Assembly (NCBI GenBank): GCA_963804165.1
Contig: CAWDPO010000017.1
Span: 352,001-416,000 of the forward strand
Length of the DNA: 64,000 nucleotides
Reading direction: 5' to 3'
From: an uncultured delta proteobacterium
GTDB taxonomy: Bacteria; Desulfobacterota; Binatia; UBA9968
The position numbers were made by a program, and so were the translations under genes. The notes below the pieces were generated by a model, which saw only the letters and a program-made list of their open reading frames with translations, had not been told where the DNA came from and did no database searches. Each line of letters opens with the position of its first letter. Positions within the stretch are counted from its first letter, which is position 1. Of this stretch, positions 10,047 to 20,367 are shown in pieces.

Positions 10047-10598
10047 ATGATTGTTCTCAGTCCAGAAGGAAAAGCGCAAACGTCGGCGGCGAAAGTCGCG
10101 AGTTTGCCGCAGTTCACGGAACTGCGGGGCAAAGTGTTGGGTCTGCTCGATAATAGCAAGCCCAACATGGACAAGCTGGCCGAGCGCTTCGCCGAACAGC
10201 TCAAGGAAAAATACGGCGTCGCCAAGGTGATTAGCCGCCGAAAGCTCACTGCCCAGCAGGGCGCGCCCAAACAATATCTCGACGAACTGGCCTCGCAGGC
10301 TGATTTTGTTATTAGCGGGCTCGGTGATTGAGGATCGTGCACGTCGTGGAGTGTCCACGACTCAATCGAGATTCAAAAGCGCGGCCGCTTTGCGATCACG
10401 GTGATTACCCACGCCTTCGCCGCGTTGGCGAAATCTGAGAAGGAAGCCTTTGGCGCTCCGGATCATCCCGTGCTGGTCGTGCAGCATCCGATCGGCACGG
10501 TGAAGATCGAAGAAGTGAATAAAAAAGCCGACGCGGCGTTCAGTAAGCTGATCGAGATTCTGCTCGCGCCAGAGGCGGCGAGGACGAAAGTCGCGTAA
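10047..10598 (+). CDS. UGSC-family selenoprotein (thioredoxin-like UxxC), UGA read-through at 10329-10331
   Basis: ORFs 9981-10331 and 10401-10598 are in frame across TGA, giving GLGD-U-GSCTSWSVHD; SD ggaggt before ATG 10047. Confidence 0.88.
10343..10361 (+). promoter_or_regulatory. Putative bacterial SECIS hairpin
   Basis: gtcgtgga-gtg-tccacgac, perfect 8-bp stem starting 11 nt after the UGA. Confidence 0.8.
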
Positions 10599-10630
10599 CC
10601 AAATTCGTTTCGGTTTCGGCTTCAAGTTCA

Positions 10631-10835
10631 GCGGCGTCTCGGAAATTCGTTCACAAAGTTTTTAGAGTTGGCAGCAGGTGAAGTCGAACGCAAATCCCCC
10701 TGTATCCCCCTTTTTTCAAAGGGGGGATTTTGTTCCGTGTGGTTCTCACCCCTCTTTGACAAAGAGGGGAAGGGGAGATTTCTCCGATGGAATGCCGTGG
10801 CAATAATTCAGCGACCTTCCGGAACAGGATATTAG
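10631..10835. repeat. Composite palindromic MITE-like element (reverse orientation)
   Basis: Reverse complement aligns with 38508-38662; the other end (gcgtctcgg) matches ccgagacgc at 38746-38754. Confidence 0.75.
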
Positions 10836-10857
10836 CGCGTAGCCAGAGAAAGCGATT

Positions 10858-11910
10858 ATGACTACAGCAGCACTTCAAGCGGAACGTTTCGAAATACCCG
10901 ACGATATTTGGGCGGCGCAGGCTTTTTTCGAAGAAAAAGGTTGGGGTGATGGTTTACCGATCATTCCACCGACGGAAGAACGAGTGGCGCAAATGCTCGC
11001 GGCGACCAAGCGCAAACCCGACGAAGTGATCGGTGCGGTGCCGCCGCGCTGGGCTCAAGCGACGGTGGAGAAGATCGCCATCAACGGCGTGATGGCGGGC
11101 TGCAAGCCGGAATATATGCCGGTGCTGATCGCCGCGGCCGAAGCGCTCACCGATCCCAAGCTCAATCTCTATGCGTTGCAAGCGACGACCGGAGGGCCAG
11201 CGGTGATGCTCATCATCAACGGGCCGATCCGCAATCAGTTGAACATCAACGGCGGGTCCAATGCGTTGGGCGAAGGATGGCGCGCCAACGCGACCATCGG
11301 CCGCTTCGTGCAACTGGTGAAACGCAATATCGGCGGCTCCTATCCCGGCACGACCTGCAAGGCGACTCTAGGTTGGCCTGGAAAATATTCCATCTGCGTC
11401 GGCGAAAACGAGGAGGCGAGCCCGTGGGAGCCGCTGCACGTCGAGCGCGGCTTCAAAGCGGAGCAAAGCACGGTCACGGCGATCAGCGCGGATGCGTCGA
11501 TCCGCGCATCGGATTTGGACAGCTCGACGGCTGAAGGCGTGCTGATCAATTTCGCGCAGAAAATGGACGGACCGTCGGGGCCGGAAGCGATCATGGTAAT
11601 TTGCCCCGAGCACGCCAAGATCATCGCCGGCGATGGTTTCAGCAAAAAGGACGTTCAGAAATTCATCTGGGAGCGCGCCGCCTATCGTATGAAAGATCTT
11701 CCCGACGAGACTTTCGAGCAGCGCGTCAAGCGCCGATCGGATCTAAAGCTGACGCGCGACAGCATTATTCCCGTAACCGATAGGCCCGAGGACATACTCG
11801 TCATCGTCGCCGGCGGCGACGGCTCGCAGTCGCAGTACATTCACGTCTGGGGACAAAGCACGCCCGAGGGCGGGTCGACGAGATCGGTCACTAAAATAAT
11901 CAAAGATTAA
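10858..11910 (+). CDS. Conserved hypothetical protein, UGSC-selenoprotein partner
   Basis: DGLPIIPPT, KIAINGVMAGC, NATIGR, ENEEASPW; paralog at 24747. Confidence 0.85.
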   Translation: MTTAALQAERFEIPDDIWAAQAFFEEKGWGDGLPIIPPTEERVAQMLAATKRKPDEVIGAVPPRWAQATVEKIAINGVMAGCKPEYMPVLIAAAEALTDPKLNLYALQATTGGPAVMLIINGPIRNQLNINGGSNALGEGWRANATIGRFVQLVKRNIGGSYPGTTCKATLGWPGKYSICVGENEEASPWEPLHVERGFKAEQSTVTAISADASIRASDLDSSTAEGVLINFAQKMDGPSGPEAIMVICPEHAKIIAGDGFSKKDVQKFIWERAAYRMKDLPDETFEQRVKRRSDLKLTRDSIIPVTDRPEDILVIVAGGDGSQSQYIHVWGQSTPEGGSTRSVTKIIKD

Positions 11911-11912
11911 GA

Positions 11913-12012
11913 GTTCCAAACGTTCAAATCGTTCCAGTCGTTCCAATCGTTTCGGATAGCGCTTGTCCGATGTATTACCCTCGCCCGCTCGCGGGAGAGG
12001 GGAGGGTGAGGG
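11913..12012. repeat. GTTC 9-nt array followed by CCCTCnCCC...GGGAGAGGG palindrome
   Basis: gttccaaac gttcaaatc gttccagtc gttccaatc; ccctcgcccgctcgcgggagaggg. Confidence 0.75.
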
Positions 12013-12013
12013 C

Positions 12014-12989
12014 GTGCATCGACCTTTCCTATTCATCAGCCTGCTTTTGAGCTTGTTGTCCCGTGGTGACATTTCTTTCGCCGCCGACAAGTTGCGCATA
12101 AGCTACTCGGGTACAACGACGAGCAACGCGCTCCTTTGGGTGACCAAGGAAGCGAAACTTTTTGATAGGAACGGCATCGACGCCGAAGTGCTTTACCTGG
12201 CTGCGTCGCTCGGCCAGACCGCGTTGATTGCGGGAGAGACTCAGTTCGCGGTTTACACCGGACTGTTGATGACGCCAACCCGGCTTGCAAGGCGCCGACG
12301 TGACGATGATCGCGGGATTTCTAAATTATTTAGTCTCCCGCTTGGTCGTGCGTCCCGACATCAAGACCGCTGCGGACTTGAAAGGCAAACGTTTGGCTGT
12401 GTCGCGCTTCGGCACGGCGTCGGATTTCGGCACCCGTCTCATGGTTTCCAAGCTCGGTTTGAATCCCGACACCGACGTTACGATTCTGCAGATCGGCGAT
12501 ACGCCGACCCGCGTCGCCGCGATGATGGCGAAGGGCGTGGACGGCGCGATCTTCGATCCGCCGGATCACAAGCGTGCGGTCGAAAACGGCGGCCGCATCA
12601 TGATGAACCTGGAAGAAACTGTGATTCCCTACCAACACGCCGGCTTGATGACGACGCGAAAGTACATCGCCGCCCGGCCGGATATCGTCAGACGTGTGGT
12701 CAAATCGATCGTCGAGGGCGCCGCGGTGGTGCGCAAAGATCCCGAGACCACCAAGCGAGCGCTGTCGGTCCGCATGCGCATCAAAGATCCCAAGGACCTC
12801 GAAGAAACCTATCAGCAGCTGCGCGGTTTCACGCAAGCCAAACCTTATCCGAGCCTCGAAGGTTTCAAAGCGATCTTGAATGATTTGTCGAAGCGCATGC
12901 CCGCGGCGAAAAATGCTGATCCCAAAGATTTTGCCGATCTCCGGTTTATCGAGGAATTGGACAAGTCGGGTTATATCGATGGGCTCTAG
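12014..12989 (+). CDS. ABC substrate-binding protein, NMT1/SsuA-like (one frameshift near 12280)
   Basis: N-terminal half in ORF 11963, C-terminal half in ORF 12285; DLKGKRLAV, ELDKSGYIDGL; start codon approximate. Confidence 0.8.
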
Positions 12990-12993
12990 AACC

Positions 12994-13021
12994 GTTCCAA
13001 GTTCAATGTTCAAAGTTCAAA
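12994..13021. repeat. GTTCAA 7-nt tandem array
   Basis: gttccaa gttcaat gttcaaa gttcaaa. Confidence 0.75.
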
Positions 13022-13064
13022 GTCGGACGATGCTATTGCATACGCGTGGGCGGTCTGGCTCGCG

Positions 13065-14022
13065 GTGATGCTTTTCATCTTGCCAGATTCGAGCGGTGCC
13101 GCCGACAAGCTCCGCATCGGCTACTCCGGAGCGACAGTCAGCAATGCGATGCTCTGGGTGACCGATGAAGGCAAGCTCTTTCAGAAAAACGGCATCGATC
13201 CGCAAATACTCTACCTGCAAACGACCCTTGGACAGACGGCAATGATTGCCGGCGAGATCGACATGTGCGTCTATTCCGGCAGTCTGCTTTCGTCGGCGCG
13301 GTTGCAGGGCGTCGACGTGGTCATGGTCGTGAGTTTTCTCAACAAGCCGCTATATCGGCTGGTGGTTCGCCCCGAGATTCGTACTGTCGCCGATCTCAAA
13401 GGAAAGCGGCTCGGCATCACGCGCTTCGGCACGGTCACCGATTCGATGTCCCGGCTCCTGGTTGGGCAGACTCGGGCTGGATCCGGATAGAGACGTTTCC
13501 TACGTACAGGTCGGCGACGTACCGGTGCTTCTAGCGTCCTTATCCAGCGGCAGGATCATTGACGGCGCGATCATTCAACCGCCTTACTATGTCAAAGCCG
13601 TAGCTTCCGGCATGCATGTTTTAGTCAACATGCAAGAGATGGATCTGCCGGTTCAGCAAACGGGCCTGAATACGACGCAAAAGTTTATTGCAAAAAATCC
13701 CGACGTCGTGCGACGAGCCGTCAAGTCCGTGATCGAAGGAATTCATCTAATGCGCACCAATCCCGCCGTGGCCAAGCGGGCGCTCTCCAAGCGCATGCAA
13801 ATCAAAGACGAAAAGGAGATTGGAGGATACCTATCAATTCTCAAAAGTTTCATTCAGGTGAAACCGTATCCGTCACTCTGGAAGGTTTCAGAACGATCTT
13901 CGAAGATCTGGCGAAAGCGGGTGCCGGCGGCGAAAACCGCCAACGCGAAGGAATATGTGGATACTCGATTCATCGACGAGCTGGACAAGTCCGGCTATAT
14001 CGACGGACTGTATCGCCAGTGA
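13065..14022 (+). CDS. ABC substrate-binding protein, NMT1/SsuA-like (frameshifted near 13465, further indels likely near 13820-13915)
   Basis: Close paralog of the upstream SBP (ADKLRIGYSG, ELDKSGYIDGLY); split over ORFs 13065 and 13462; start uncertain. Confidence 0.78.
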
Positions 14023-14046
14023 ACTGTAAGAGCTACATAGCGTTTG

Positions 14047-14139
14047 CCGTTTATGGTTTCCTTCGACTTCGCTCAGGGCAGGCTGCCTCACCACGAACGG
14101 CTTGTCCCTTGACCGTTCACCCTGCAGCTTGTCGAAGGG
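14047..14139. repeat. REP-like palindromic cluster (CCTTCGAC...GCTCAGG / GTCGAAGG type)
   Basis: ccttcgacttcgctcagggcagg ... caccacgaacgg ... ccgttcaccctgcagcttgtcgaaggg. Confidence 0.7.
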
Positions 14140-14218
14140 TTCTTCGAATTTAGACGTGAAGCAACTGTTATAGATCACTAGTGATGAACTGCTGTATGAC
14201 GGGTAACGGAAGAGAACG

Positions 14219-15214
14219 ATGTTGAGAGTAAAAAGATGGATGATTTGCTTTGCTTTCACTGTAGCTCTTGCTGCCGCCGCACAGGGACAAAGCCTGCCCA
14301 AAGTCCGCGCCGCCTACACCTCCATAGGCATCCAATTCGATCCGGTTTACATCATGAAGGAGCTCAACCTGTCGCGGAAATACGGCGTGGATGCCGAGAT
14401 TCTTTTTGTTCCGGTGAGCTCGCGCGCCGTTCAGGCGGCTCTGGCCGGCGAGATTCAGTTCATCACCAGCGCCGGCGTCGCGAACATCAACGCCAACATG
14501 AGCGGCGCTGACTTCGTCGGCCTGACCGCGACGCTCAATACTTTTGTGTTCAAAATCATCGCGCATCCGGATATCAAAAAGCCCGAAATGCTAAAGGGCA
14601 AGAAGGTCGGCATTTCCCGGCTCGGAGGCGCCAGCGATTTTTCCATCCGCTATGCGCTGACTCGCTGGGGCTTGGTTCCCGACAAAGACGTCGCCATTAT
14701 CCAGGTGGGCGGCGAGCAGGAAGAGTTTCTGGCGCTGCAAAACAAAGCGGTGGACGCCGTCGTTTTATCGGAGCCCTTCGCGGAGCTGGCGAAACGATCG
14801 GGTTCCGCCGTTCTCGCCGATTTAAGCCAGCTTGGCGTGGCCTATTCGATGCATGGCTTCGGTGCGCGAAAAAGTTTCATTCAGGCCAATCGGGACGTCG
14901 TCATCCGATTCATGAAAGCCTATCTCGAGGGCATCTATGTTTTTAAAACGAACAAAGACCTCGCGCTGAACGTCCTGAAAAAGTATACGCGGGTCGACGA
15001 TCTGTCCCTGGTACAAGTGGCTTATGACGAGATGTCGCAGAGACTGATCCGTAGAGCTCCCCACCCGGACCGCGAAGGCATTCAGACCATCATCGATCAA
15101 CTCGCCAAGACCCGCCCGCAAATGAAAAATCTCAACCCCGGCGACTTCATCGATCCGTCGATCTTGAAAGAAATCGAGGACAGCGGCTTTATTAAAAAGT
15201 TGTATGGAAATTAG
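14219..15214 (+). CDS. ABC substrate-binding protein, NMT1/SsuA-like
   Basis: Signal peptide; LKGKKVGISRLG; EIEDSGFIKKLY. Confidence 0.9.
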   Translation: MLRVKRWMICFAFTVALAAAAQGQSLPKVRAAYTSIGIQFDPVYIMKELNLSRKYGVDAEILFVPVSSRAVQAALAGEIQFITSAGVANINANMSGADFVGLTATLNTFVFKIIAHPDIKKPEMLKGKKVGISRLGGASDFSIRYALTRWGLVPDKDVAIIQVGGEQEEFLALQNKAVDAVVLSEPFAELAKRSGSAVLADLSQLGVAYSMHGFGARKSFIQANRDVVIRFMKAYLEGIYVFKTNKDLALNVLKKYTRVDDLSLVQVAYDEMSQRLIRRAPHPDREGIQTIIDQLAKTRPQMKNLNPGDFIDPSILKEIEDSGFIKKLYGN

Positions 15215-15313
15215 CGGTCGATGTGTCCATGCCTGATCCCTGATCTAATCCCGGATCTGACCCAAACAAACTAAACCTTTACTTCTACCTATCTGTGAGA
15301 TTAGGTGGTATCG

Positions 15314-16286
15314 ATGTCGAATCTTAAACTTACTCTTGCATGCTGGGACTACGATCGTACCCGGCCGCTCATGGATGGTCGGGTGAAGGCCGAAGGAATC
15401 GATCTCGACATAAAGGTCATGCGACCGCGCGAATTGTTTGCTCGGATGCTGGAAAAAAAAGAGTTTGAAATCTCCGAACTATCGCTTGGTCACTATGTCA
15501 CCCTCAAAGGCCGCGGCAGCTGTCCATTCATTGCGGTGCCCGTGGCGTTATCCAAGATCTTCCGCCACTCGTGTATTTACGTACGGACCGATGCGGGCAT
15601 CAGAAGCCCCCAGGACCTGCGGGGCAAGCGGGTGGGAACTACTCAGCTCGGGTCTACCGGAATTATTTTCATGAATGGAATGATGCAACACGAGTATGGC
15701 GTAGGTCTGGAGGATATCCACTGGTTCATTGGCGGATTGGATTCTCCCGCCACGAGACCGGTGGTTCCTCTGAGTCTGCCGGATAAAATTAAGGTTGACT
15801 TGCTTCCTTCGAGCCAAACCCTGGAGGCAATGCTAGAGGCCGGACAACTGGACGCCTTGTTCGCGCTGAACATTCCTTCGGTCTTCCAGAAGGGCTCAGC
15901 CCGCATAGCGCGCCTGTTTCCGAACTATTATGAAATAGAGCAGGACTATTATCGTCGCACAAAGATCTTTCCGATCATGCACACCGTGGTGGTCCGCGAC
16001 GATGTCTACCGCGAGAATCCATGGGTGGCCGGAAGTATCTATAAGGCCCTCTGCGAGGCTCGGGATCTAGCCGTCGACGGACTTTATGACACCGACGCGC
16101 TCCGCCTCTCGCTTCCTTGGCTCATCAACCATCTCGAGGAGACCTGGAAGGTCTTAGGGAAGATTTTGGACCTACGGTTTGGAGCCCAACCGTCCGGCTT
16201 TTGAGGCTATCGGCCAGTATGTCTACGAGCAGGGTTTCTCGCCCCGCCCAGTCAGCCCCGACGAGCTGTTCGCGCTGAATTTATGA
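15314..16286 (+). CDS. 4,5-dihydroxyphthalate decarboxylase-like protein (SBP fold); frameshift near 16160
   Basis: LTLACWDYDRTRPL, FRHSCIYV, IFPIMH; shifted frame continues FWTYGLEPNR...YEQG...DELF to TGA 16286. Confidence 0.8.
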
Positions 16287-16355
16287 AGACTCTTCGGCCA
16301 AGCGTTGCCACTAGCTCATGTTGTAAAACACTCATAGTTAAGTAGAGGAACATTG

Positions 16356-17210
16356 ATGAACGAAAGCATTTCTTCGACTCAGATGGGTGACCCTATGGTT
16401 CCGGTACCCATCCCGGCGCAGGTTCCGGTGAAAGAGGGGATGGCGGAGCTTCCCAACACTCATCTTGGGTATTGGGATACGGGCGGCAGTGGAGAGCCGG
16501 TCGTGTTCCTCCATCCAGCTTCGGGTAGCGCGCTGGTATGGCTGTACCAGCAGCCCGTATTTGCCAAAGCCGGTTACCGTGTCATCGCTTACTCACGGCG
16601 CAACTATTACAACTCGGACTCGGCGCCCCAAGAGAATCCGGGGAGCGGATCGGAAGACCTGCAGAATCTGATTGAATTCCTCGGTCTGGAGAAGTTCCAT
16701 ATAGTGAGCTCGGCCGCCGGCGGCAGTGTCGCTGCCGATTACGCGCTGTCCCACCCGGAGCGTCTGCTTAGCCTTACGGTATCCAGTAACAACCTTGCGT
16801 CTACCAAAGGCTACATTGCCGAAGCCGCCGCCAGGATTCTTAAATTCAACGAGTGGAACGATCTGCCGCGCTGGTTTCGCGAGCTCGGGTCTTCCTATCG
16901 CGGGGCTAACCCTGAAGGCACCGCTAAATGGACCGAACTCAACCACAAATCGGAGACCGGAAGGGGTGCCAAGCAAAAGTTGATGAATGTGGTGACGCCG
17001 GAGAAGCTGGAGACCCTTAAAGTCCGGACGTTGCTGATGACCGGCGCCGCCGATTTGTACACTCCGCCTTCTATCATGCGGATGATCGCGCGCCATGTTC
17101 CCAACAATGAGATGGTGATCGTGCCGGAGTGCGGCCATGCAATCTATTGGGAGCAACCCGAGCTCTTCAACCGCATTGTGCTGGGATTTATCGGCCGAAC
17201 TTCGAAATAG
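16356..17210 (+). CDS. Alpha/beta hydrolase
   Basis: VVFLHP, GHAIYWEQPELFN; nucleophile elbow reads SSAAGG (non-canonical). Confidence 0.85.
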   Translation: MNESISSTQMGDPMVPVPIPAQVPVKEGMAELPNTHLGYWDTGGSGEPVVFLHPASGSALVWLYQQPVFAKAGYRVIAYSRRNYYNSDSAPQENPGSGSEDLQNLIEFLGLEKFHIVSSAAGGSVAADYALSHPERLLSLTVSSNNLASTKGYIAEAAARILKFNEWNDLPRWFRELGSSYRGANPEGTAKWTELNHKSETGRGAKQKLMNVVTPEKLETLKVRTLLMTGAADLYTPPSIMRMIARHVPNNEMVIVPECGHAIYWEQPELFNRIVLGFIGRTSK

Positions 17211-17287
17211 GCCCGCGGTAGACCATTCGCGATGCTTTGCACATCCGAGTTCGAGTTTACCTCTTAGAAATTTCTCAGGAGATTGCC

Positions 17288-18442
17288 ATGAGAAAAAGCG
17301 TTCTTTCTGGCGTGATTTCAGTTCTGGTTTGCGCGTGGGTAGTGGCGGCAACGCCAACAGCGGCGCAGGAAACCGCCGGCCAGATTTTGGCGCGACTTGA
17401 AAAGCTTTCGGCCGAGAACCGGCAGAAAGCCCTGGTCGAGCGCGCAAGGAATGAGAAAGAAGTCACGTTTTATAGCTCGCTCCAGACCAGCGATGCGGAA
17501 CCCTTTCTGAAAGCGTTCAACAAACGATACCCCTTTATCAAGGTGAATACCTATCGTATCTCCGGCCAGAAACAGGTGATCATGATCCAATCGGAGTTCA
17601 ACGCCGGCAGGCATGCCTTTGACGTTACCAACGCCTCAGCCGCTCAAGCCTTTGGGATCAAGAAGACCGGCGCGTTGGACCCGTATCCAAGCCCACAGCG
17701 CCAATATTTTTCCACCGCGCACAAGGACAAGGAGGGATACTTCACTCCGACTTATATTGTGCCGGTAGTGCTTGGTTTCAACACCAACATGGTCAAGCGG
17801 AGTGAAGCGCCCAAACGCTATGAAGATCTGCTGGAGCCCAGATGGAAGAGCAATATGATTTTGGACATCGAGGAGTTTCCCTGGTTTGCCGTGATGCTCA
17901 AACACTATGGCCGGGAAAAAGGTTTGGACTACATGAGGAGACTGGCCAAGCAGGAGATCCAGATGGGCCGGGGACGCACGACCCAGGCGCAACTGATCAG
18001 CGCGGGCGAGCGAGCCGTCGGCATAGCGCTCAACAGTTCTTCCGTGCTCGACTTCAAGACTCGCGGCGCGCCACTCGACTGGACCATTCTCGATCCGTAC
18101 TACGCCAAACCCAACATGCTAATGTTTGCGCGCCACGCGCCTCATCCCCATGCAGCGGCGCTGTTGATCGACTGGACGCTCTCCGAGGAAGGCCAATCTT
18201 TACTGTCGACCTTGGGTTACGTGGTTGCGCGCAAGGGCGTGAAGCAAAGCGTCCCGGCATTATTGGAAAAGGAGAGTTTTCTCGCCGACCCTGATTTTAT
18301 TGGTCCGATCTTGGAAGAGACCGGCAAGAGACTTTCGCAGCGTATTCACAGGTGGACGTTAGTTAGAATGTGCCGGACTTGCCTGACTCTACTCAGCGTC
18401 TTGTTCATGACGCTGATTCCGTTTTTGCTGATAGAGATATAA
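17288..18442 (+). CDS. ABC extracellular solute-binding protein (AfuA/iron-thiamine-like)
   Basis: Signal peptide, APKRYEDLLEPRWK, APHPHAAALLIDW; true stop probably 18362 after an indel near 18330. Confidence 0.85.
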   Translation: MRKSVLSGVISVLVCAWVVAATPTAAQETAGQILARLEKLSAENRQKALVERARNEKEVTFYSSLQTSDAEPFLKAFNKRYPFIKVNTYRISGQKQVIMIQSEFNAGRHAFDVTNASAAQAFGIKKTGALDPYPSPQRQYFSTAHKDKEGYFTPTYIVPVVLGFNTNMVKRSEAPKRYEDLLEPRWKSNMILDIEEFPWFAVMLKHYGREKGLDYMRRLAKQEIQMGRGRTTQAQLISAGERAVGIALNSSSVLDFKTRGAPLDWTILDPYYAKPNMLMFARHAPHPHAAALLIDWTLSEEGQSLLSTLGYVVARKGVKQSVPALLEKESFLADPDFIGPILEETGKRLSQRIHRWTLVRMCRTCLTLLSVLFMTLIPFLLIEI

Positions 18443-18701
18443 TTAGGCAATTAAGACGAGTGACATGACTCGAACCTGAATGCCGGCGGGAGTCAATCTT
18501 CAGGTCGGATGAGAGGTGAGATTATTCCGTTGGAGAAATCAATTCAATTAGAGGTTCCGATCACTCTGGTTGAGCCGAACGGCTCTGCGAACACCGTCTT
18601 CAACCGGTCTAGACAATCGTGGGCGATGCTTGGAGATCTAATGCATCCTGTGCCGCTGTCGTTCCGTCGCCTTATGCAGTTGTTAGTGGCTTCCACTTTC
18701 G

Positions 18702-19169
18702 TCACCGCCCTTCTCGGGCGCGAGATTCGACGGCACCCACCACCGCAAGAATTATCACGGCCAGGAGCGTGCTGAAGAGTGCCACGCCTAAACTGCCTAA
18801 GCCCACGGTCACGCCGATGGCAGCCGTCATCCACACGCCGGCCGCCGTCGTCAATCCTTGGATGTCACGCTCTTCGCTCAACTTGAGGATGGAACCGGCG
18901 CCAATGAAGCCGATGCCGGTCAGAATCCCTTGGATGACTCGCGACAAGCCGTCCAACGACATGCCGACGCCGGAGCAGGCGAGGATAAAGACGGCTGTGC
19001 CGAGGCTCACGAGTGTATGAGTCCGTAACCCCGCTGGCTTACCGGCCCGCTCGCGCTCGAACCCCACGACCGCACCCAACAGCGTGGCCGCTATCAACCG
19101 GATGATTACTTGGGTCAATTGCCTCGTGTTAGACAACCCTGAAGTTAATTCCTCCCAAAGGATATCCAT
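18702..19169 (-). CDS. MgtC/SapB family membrane protein
   Basis: GFERERAGKPAGLRTH, TGIGFIGAGSI, GLTTAAGVW. Confidence 0.92.
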   Translation of the reverse strand: MDILWEELTSGLSNTRQLTQVIIRLIAATLLGAVVGFERERAGKPAGLRTHTLVSLGTAVFILACSGVGMSLDGLSRVIQGILTGIGFIGAGSILKLSEERDIQGLTTAAGVWMTAAIGVTVGLGSLGVALFSTLLAVIILAVVGAVESRAREGR

Positions 19170-19693
19170 TGTGCATCTCGTCAAATTTTGTGGTGTTGGA
19201 TCAGTATCCTAACGTCCGCCCAAACCGCTGCGCTGCCCGGCATGGTGACGCCGCTCAGTGTTCCAGTCCGTTTCATTATGATGCTCAACTGTGAAACTAG
19301 CCGATGTAGCCGGCGACAAATGCCGGTCCGCCCATCTCCGAGCGCGGCTCGCATTCCGAATTACATATGGGTCACAATATCGTCGCCTTAAATCAACTCA
19401 TCAAGAATATGCCGACCGCCAAACCACAGTCCGGCATGGCGCCCATCTCCTACTGGCCCGCAGCCTATTTCGTCCGCTCGACCAGAGTCAAGATCGGTAA
19501 TCGACGTGAGATTGAACTGCGCGACCCCTCAAACAAGTCGCGTAAACTGTTTGTAGAAGAATACCGTTCGCAAACCGTAGTCCTGGAAATCCCCCGCCAG
19601 GTGCTTTTCAAGGTGGCGATACGCCAATGAAACGAGCGGTGTAGAGCGTCAGACCAAGACAATAGCTCTTTGGACTGTCGGCTCGCTCGAGCG

Positions 19694-20206
19694 TTAGCCG
19701 TCTTGTTGGAGATCGATATAGGCACCTTCGATCAACTGCGATGGATGGACCCCCAACTTTTCCATGAGTTCATGTGCCTCGCGGACGCCACGTTCGGAAG
19801 GCTCGTCATCGGCGAGCATGACTTCGATCTCGAGGAAGTGTCCCAGCCCTTCAACTCGGTCGAGGTGGACGCGAGTTCGGCCGACAAGGAACAGGGTGCG
19901 ATGTTTCCGAACGCGCCCGACCTGGCCATATGCCAAGGAGAGTGACGTGCGCATCGCGTCGGGATCAGACGTCGGCGAGCGCAGGTAAAACGATTCCTTC
20001 GGGCCAAGCTGATTCGCACGACGATAGAAGATGAGCTCGCCGCTTTCGTTTGAGAAGGCACGAAGCTTTAAACGTCCCGAGTCGCACCGGAAGAAAGTAT
20101 CGTCTTGCGCGATCTCGATGGGGCCTTCTATCGCGAGGGCGACAACCTTTAGTGCGAGTGTTTCAACGCTCTCGATACGCGCTTTGATTTCAATATTGCG
20201 TGCCAT
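19694..20206 (-). CDS. CYTH domain / class IV adenylate cyclase-like protein
   Basis: NIEIKAR (ExExK), LKLR, HLDRVEGLGHFLEIEV. Confidence 0.92.
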   Translation of the reverse strand: MARNIEIKARIESVETLALKVVALAIEGPIEIAQDDTFFRCDSGRLKLRAFSNESGELIFYRRANQLGPKESFYLRSPTSDPDAMRTSLSLAYGQVGRVRKHRTLFLVGRTRVHLDRVEGLGHFLEIEVMLADDEPSERGVREAHELMEKLGVHPSQLIEGAYIDLQQDG

Positions 20207-20367
20207 GTGGTTCGATGAATCCCAAACACAATTTCAGAAAATATGTCGCCGATCTGAATCATCACGAGATCGCCAAGCGCATGCAGGGATCCGTTTTTAG
20301 TTTCATCTTCCTGGCAAATTCGATAGATGATTAAGCCGTGGGCCTGGCAATTTCTGTGGGCAACCTA

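Noticed and set aside
10329-10331. UGA as a true stop, nonsense mutation or alternative genetic code
   Set aside because: It recurs at the same motif position in two paralogs with an identical hairpin, and many other genes in the window end normally at TGA
12270-13470. Programmed ribosomal frameshifting in SBP genes
   Set aside because: No shared slippery sequence or position among paralogs; intact paralogs exist; better explained by sequencing indels
19188-19630. Short ORFs 19188-19391 and 19367-19630 as genes
   Set aside because: No clear RBS or recognisable motif; likely decayed or non-coding DNA
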